From NCBI GenBank assembly GCA_964384105.1, contig CAYLJV010000002.1, positions 96,001-160,000 of the forward strand: a stretch of DNA of 64,000 nt, given 5' to 3'. The notes beneath the pieces were generated by a model. It was not told where the DNA came from and ran no database searches. It saw only the letters and a program-made list of their open reading frames with translations. Shown here in pieces: positions 60,031-64,000 of the stretch (the stretch's first letter is position 1; the number at the start of each line of letters is the position of its first letter). Source of the DNA: Candidatus Hadarchaeota archaeon (GTDB lineage Archaea; Hadarchaeota; Hadarchaeia; Hadarchaeales; JAGGTB01). The position numbers were made by a program, and so were the translations under genes.

Positions 60031-60079
60031 CCGGCTTGCCATGCCGGTAACCCTGGTTCAAATCCCGGCGGTCGCACCA
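60031..60079 (+). repeat. att site: duplicate of the 3' 49 bp of tRNA-Gly
   Basis: Matches 57665-57713 with one mismatch (CCCTGG vs CCCGGG). Confidence 0.95.
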
Positions 60080-60634
60080 ATTTTCTTTCTAAAAGAGGAT
60101 CAAAAAAAATTACGAGTATTCTTTGGTTTCCTCTAAAAACCGGGAAACTATCTAAGCGTAAAAAAGGATCCTCAAAGATATTGAAATAAAAAATGGTCAT
60201 TTTTAAATAAAAGTAAATATCATAATCTCTCCAGACTGAAAAGTCTATTTAAATTTCTTAGAGGTGGGGGAAATGGCAAAAAAGAAAGAAAAGAAAAGCA
60301 AGAAGTCTAAATAGAATTTAATTGCTATTCTATAGTAAACGGACCTGTTAATTGAGATAGATCCGGAGAAAATCCAGGTATTAATTTATTTTAAGTTTAT
60401 TTCTTGTCTAGAATGTTAGATAAAGTTTTATGGATGAAAAAATCGATTTTTTACTAAGAGCGACCATTCAAATTGCCTTGTGGAATTTTAGAACTGTTTG
60501 AAACGGTTACAGTTAATATGAGTCCAGTCTCAAATTATAGGTGACCTATATTAAATCCCTAAATATTGCTTTAATTTGGAATCAAAAGCTAATTAGACGT
60601 TTTTGAGATTTTTTGTTATGGGTGTAACAAAATT

Positions 60635-62725
60635 TTACTTCAACTTCAACCTAGCGTCCAGAACTACCCCACCGGAGCCGAAAACTAAAAACGGATTAGC
60701 CTCTACTTCTCCAATTTCTGGGAAATCCTCAACCAGCTGAGACAATTTAACTAAAACATCTACCACAGCCTGGAGATCATAAGGTTCTTCACCTCTCTGC
60801 CCCTTAAGCAATTCGTCGATATACCTCGTATCGTCGATCATCTTACTCGCCTTTTCTCTATCGAGGGGAGAGATTCCATTTGAAACATCTCCGAAAACCT
60901 CTGTGTACTTTCCACCCAATCCAAACTTTATCAAATGCCCGTCCAAGATCTCCTCATAAACTGCCCCGATCAAAACTTCCTTACCCTCATTAAACATTGG
61001 CTGAAGGCAAACCCCATCAATACTGTCTTCTTCCAAACCCTGACTTCTTGAAAGGACTTCGTCGATCAATTGGCGATAAGAGGACTCTACCTCTTCTTCA
61101 GAAACGTCAAGACGGATTCCACCAACATCCGACTTGTGAGATACTTGAGGGGATTCTATCTTCATAGCCACCGGCCCATCCAATTTTTTGGACATTTCAA
61201 CAGCCTCATCCGGGCTTGTAGCCGAATAACAATCAGACACGGGAATGTCGTAGGCCTTAAATACCTCGAAGGTTTTAACCAGGCCCAATAGCTTTTCCCC
61301 TCTCTCCTCGACCTCGGAAATTATCTGTTGGACCCTAGATCCGTCAACAGTGGTATCTCTCTCGGGTTCAGGAGTCGTAACCTCATTATTCCTGTAACGC
61401 CACATCTCGGAAAGAACCTGGGCCGCCCTCTCGGGAGTTGAATAAAGGGGATGACCCCTCTTTTCCATCTCGATAACCTCGTCCATAACAAACTCCCTAC
61501 CGGTGCTCGCCAGTAAAATCGGCTTACCGCCGCTATCCACTTCGCCGAAAATGTCCACGTACTCACCGAGCCTCTCAGGCTGCAACACTATCAAAAATCC
61601 GCCAACGGTATCTTCAGATGAAACAATTTCAATCATGTTCCTTATCTTCTCGGGAGACTGGTCAAAAGTGAAATCGGCAGGATTGTATCCTTCTATAACA
61701 CCAGGCAATAACTCATCCATTTTATCTTTAGTATCCTCACTCAGCTCAGCGAGACCAAGACCCTCCTCATTTAGAGTATCTGTCGCGGTAATTCCCTGAG
61801 ATCCGGAATAACTAGCAATCATAAATCTCCCAGATTCCGGCAAATTCTGTTTAGAAAAAGCACGAGCGATATCGAACAAGTGATCGTTATCTTCTGCCTG
61901 TATTATACCACTCTCCTCAAAAATCGTATCATATATCTGAGTCGGACCTCCGATAGCAGCAGTATGCGTTACAGCAGCAGCCTTGCCCTCCTTTGTCCTC
62001 GCACCTTTGAGAACCACAACTGGCTTTTCTTGAACAACCGCTCTAGCGGTTTTTAAGAACTCTCTCCCTCTCTTAATATCCTCCAGGTACATCGCGATTA
62101 CATCGATCGTTTCCTCCTGTCCCATGTACTCGAGAATATCAGTCTCGTCGATGTCCATCTTGTTTCCGACAGTCGCAATAATACTGAAGTCCATTATCCT
62201 GCGGAGACCCCACAAAATGCCCGCGGCGTAAACACCCGCCTGGGCTATCAGTCCTACACTACCCGGTTTAAGCTCCCCAACCCGTCCTATAGACTGGCAC
62301 ATCCCGTTGTTCACATTTATGATTCCAGTACAGTTAGGACCTAAAACATGACAATCCTCGTACTCATCCAGCAGAATTTCCAAATCCTCCTTTATCTTCT
62401 TTCCCTTCTCCCCGGCCTCTCCAAAACCAGCCGCTTCAATCGTCACAAATTTGATTCCATTTTCGAAACATTCCCTAACGACTTCAGGAGTAATTTTAGC
62501 GGGTACTATCAAAACCGCAGCATCTACAGAAGGCCCGATATCCCCTACTATCCCATAAGCCTTGATGCCCTGAACCTTGTCCGCACCGGGGTTAACCGGA
62601 TAGAGATCTCCTCGAAAGCCGTGATTTATTAGATTATTGAGAACGTTGTAACCCAGCTTTCCCTCTTTATTCGAAGCACCCACAACAGCCAAACTATCTG
62701 GACAAAAAAGCTTCTTTAAGTCCAT
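60635..62725 (-). CDS. ADP-forming acetate/acyl-CoA ligase, fused alpha-beta subunits
   Basis: VVGAS...GKLG, YPVNP, LGPNCTG, GNKMDI, THTAAI phospho-His region, C-terminal ATP-grasp HKSDVGG and EANP. Confidence 0.88.
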   Translation of the reverse strand: MDLKKLFCPDSLAVVGASNKEGKLGYNVLNNLINHGFRGDLYPVNPGADKVQGIKAYGIVGDIGPSVDAAVLIVPAKITPEVVRECFENGIKFVTIEAAGFGEAGEKGKKIKEDLEILLDEYEDCHVLGPNCTGIINVNNGMCQSIGRVGELKPGSVGLIAQAGVYAAGILWGLRRIMDFSIIATVGNKMDIDETDILEYMGQEETIDVIAMYLEDIKRGREFLKTARAVVQEKPVVVLKGARTKEGKAAAVTHTAAIGGPTQIYDTIFEESGIIQAEDNDHLFDIARAFSKQNLPESGRFMIASYSGSQGITATDTLNEEGLGLAELSEDTKDKMDELLPGVIEGYNPADFTFDQSPEKIRNMIEIVSSEDTVGGFLIVLQPERLGEYVDIFGEVDSGGKPILLASTGREFVMDEVIEMEKRGHPLYSTPERAAQVLSEMWRYRNNEVTTPEPERDTTVDGSRVQQIISEVEERGEKLLGLVKTFEVFKAYDIPVSDCYSATSPDEAVEMSKKLDGPVAMKIESPQVSHKSDVGGIRLDVSEEEVESSYRQLIDEVLSRSQGLEEDSIDGVCLQPMFNEGKEVLIGAVYEEILDGHLIKFGLGGKYTEVFGDVSNGISPLDREKASKMIDDTRYIDELLKGQRGEEPYDLQAVVDVLVKLSQLVEDFPEIGEVEANPFLVFGSGGVVLDARLKLK

Positions 62726-62810
62726 CGGTAACACCTAATCAAATACAAGACTTGTTTGCACGTATTTATGTACACATGGAAATCGGGAAATTTCCGAATT
62801 TTAATTATTC

Positions 62811-64000
62811 TTAATTCCTCAGACTCAAAATAGGGCTGGGAAGCCTTCCCCCTCTGGAGATAAAGGCCTCAGAAGAATACTTGTTAACCTTCATTACAGG
62901 AGCTTTACCAAGAAGACCTCCGAACTCGATAACATCACCCGCCTTTTTTCCAATAGCTGGAATAATCCTAACTCCCTCTGTCTTATTGTTAACAATTCCA
63001 ATGGCCAATTCATCAGCTATTATCGCGCTTATCTTGCTAGCCGGGGTATCACCCGGTATCGCAATCATATCCAGACCCACTGAACAAACGGCAGTAAGAG
63101 ATTCCAACTTATCCAAACTCAAAGCACCGCTCTGAACGGCCTCCACCATCCCGAGGTCCTCACTGACAGGGATGAAAGTTCCACTCAATCCACCAACGTT
63201 ACCACTGGCCATAGCTCCTCCCTTCTTGACCGCGTCCATCAAAAGAGCAACTGCCAAGGTAGATCCATGGGCACCGGCCTTATCGACTCCCATAGCCTCC
63301 AGAGTTCTCGCAACCGAATCGTTTTCTACAGGAGATGGAGCCAGAGAAATATCTACTATCCCAAACGGAACGTCGAGTTCCTCTGCCAGTTCTCTACCGA
63401 TAAGCTCCCCCGCTCTGGTCGTCTTAAAGGTGGTCCTCTTGATAACCTCGGATAGTTCGGTAAGATCGCAGTCCTCGTTCTCCTTTACTACCTCTCTCAC
63501 CACACCGGGTCCACTAACACCTACATTTAAAGAAAATTCGGCTTCACCTGCACCATGAAACGCCCCCGCCATGAAGGGGTTATCCTCTGGAGCGTTCACA
63601 AAAACCACAAACTTCGCGCAGCCTATGCTCTTCTCGCTTTTCCTGGCAATCTCCTTCAATATATGGCCTATCTTTATAACAGCATCTAAATTCATACCTG
63701 CCCTGTGGCTCCCGACATCAAGGAAAGAACAGACGCGGTCTGTCTCGGAAAGCACTTGCGGAAGAGATTCTATCAGTTTTTCGTCGCAATCTGTCATACC
63801 CTTCTGCACCAACGCTCCGAAACCTCCGACAAAGTCAACACCACCCTCTTTGACAGCTTCATCCAGAACCTTTCCAACCTCTACAAACTTCTCCTCCGTG
63901 GAATGGGGTCCCATAATGAGACTTACTGGAGTAACTGAAACCCTTTCGTTTATAATAGGTATTCCGTATTTTGTCTCTAATTTCTCGGTTTTAGACGATA
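62811..64000 (-). CDS. DUF711/UPF0210 (PFL-like) protein, 5' end beyond the window
   Basis: Frame stays open to the window end ([14 protein letters not shown]); [35 protein letters not shown] motifs. Confidence 0.88.
   Translation of the reverse strand, partial: SSKTEKLETKYGIPIINERVSVTPVSLIMGPHSTEEKFVEVGKVLDEAVKEGGVDFVGGFGALVQKGMTDCDEKLIESLPQVLSETDRVCSFLDVGSHRAGMNLDAVIKIGHILKEIARKSEKSIGCAKFVVFVNAPEDNPFMAGAFHGAGEAEFSLNVGVSGPGVVREVVKENEDCDLTELSEVIKRTTFKTTRAGELIGRELAEELDVPFGIVDISLAPSPVENDSVARTLEAMGVDKAGAHGSTLAVALLMDAVKKGGAMASGNVGGLSGTFIPVSEDLGMVEAVQSGALSLDKLESLTAVCSVGLDMIAIPGDTPASKISAIIADELAIGIVNNKTEGVRIIPAIGKKAGDVIEFGGLLGKAPVMKVNKYSSEAFISRGGRLPSPILSLRN

Larger units (their letters stand above)
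57665..60079. mobile_element. Small decayed integrative element at tRNA-Gly, bounded by att direct repeats
   Basis: 49-bp direct repeats (57665-57713 and 60031-60079) enclosing an EamA gene and a tyrosine-integrase pseudogene. Confidence 0.88.
59150..60080 (-). pseudogene. Tyrosine recombinase/integrase, disrupted
   Basis: TGLRRNEL in ORF 59490-59960; TPQDLRKWFA and GR...HY in ORF 59150-59479; split by a 25-bp duplication; in-frame TAG just inside the right att site. Confidence 0.88.

Noticed and set aside
60080-60634. AT-rich gap considered as a possible replication origin
   Set aside because: No convincing repeated ORB motif and no cdc6/orc1 gene nearby.
1-64000. CRISPR array, rRNA or IS transposase
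   Set aside because: No regularly spaced repeats, rRNA-like segment or transposase motif was seen by eye.

Overview
Archaeal chromosomal window, mostly core genes. The gene set (egsA, histone, ftsZ/sepF, aCPSF1, proteasome beta, archaeal DKFP-type shikimate entry enzymes, phosphopantothenate synthetase) is euryarchaeal-like. An MSBL1/Hadarchaeota-type lineage is only a guess. Contents: an aromatic amino-acid cluster (aroC partial, aroA, ADH synthase, DHQ synthase II, aroD, aroE, tyrA, pheA); NAD and CoA genes; EF-1alpha; leuS/alaS; the ftsZ-secE-spt5-rpl11-rpl1-rpl10-rpl12 string; four tRNAs (Leu-CAA, Val-GAC, Ala-GGC, Gly-GCC); a type IV pilus/secretion ATPase-TadC module; and a ~2.4 kb decayed element integrated at tRNA-Gly. 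The most striking observation is a single ORF fusing a complete tungsten-type aldehyde:ferredoxin oxidoreductase to a 3-hexulose-6-phosphate synthase domain, located between two pantothenate genes, which suggests coupled formaldehyde release and oxidation. Other oddities: an aIF5A lacking the hypusine motif, a histone with a shortened alpha2 helix, a Rho_N/HeH protein with a C-terminal membrane anchor, an NMN adenylyltransferase-PncC fusion, an internally deleted mini-ThiC, and a divergent stand-alone EF-1alpha. All calls come from motif recognition by eye; no database searches were run.
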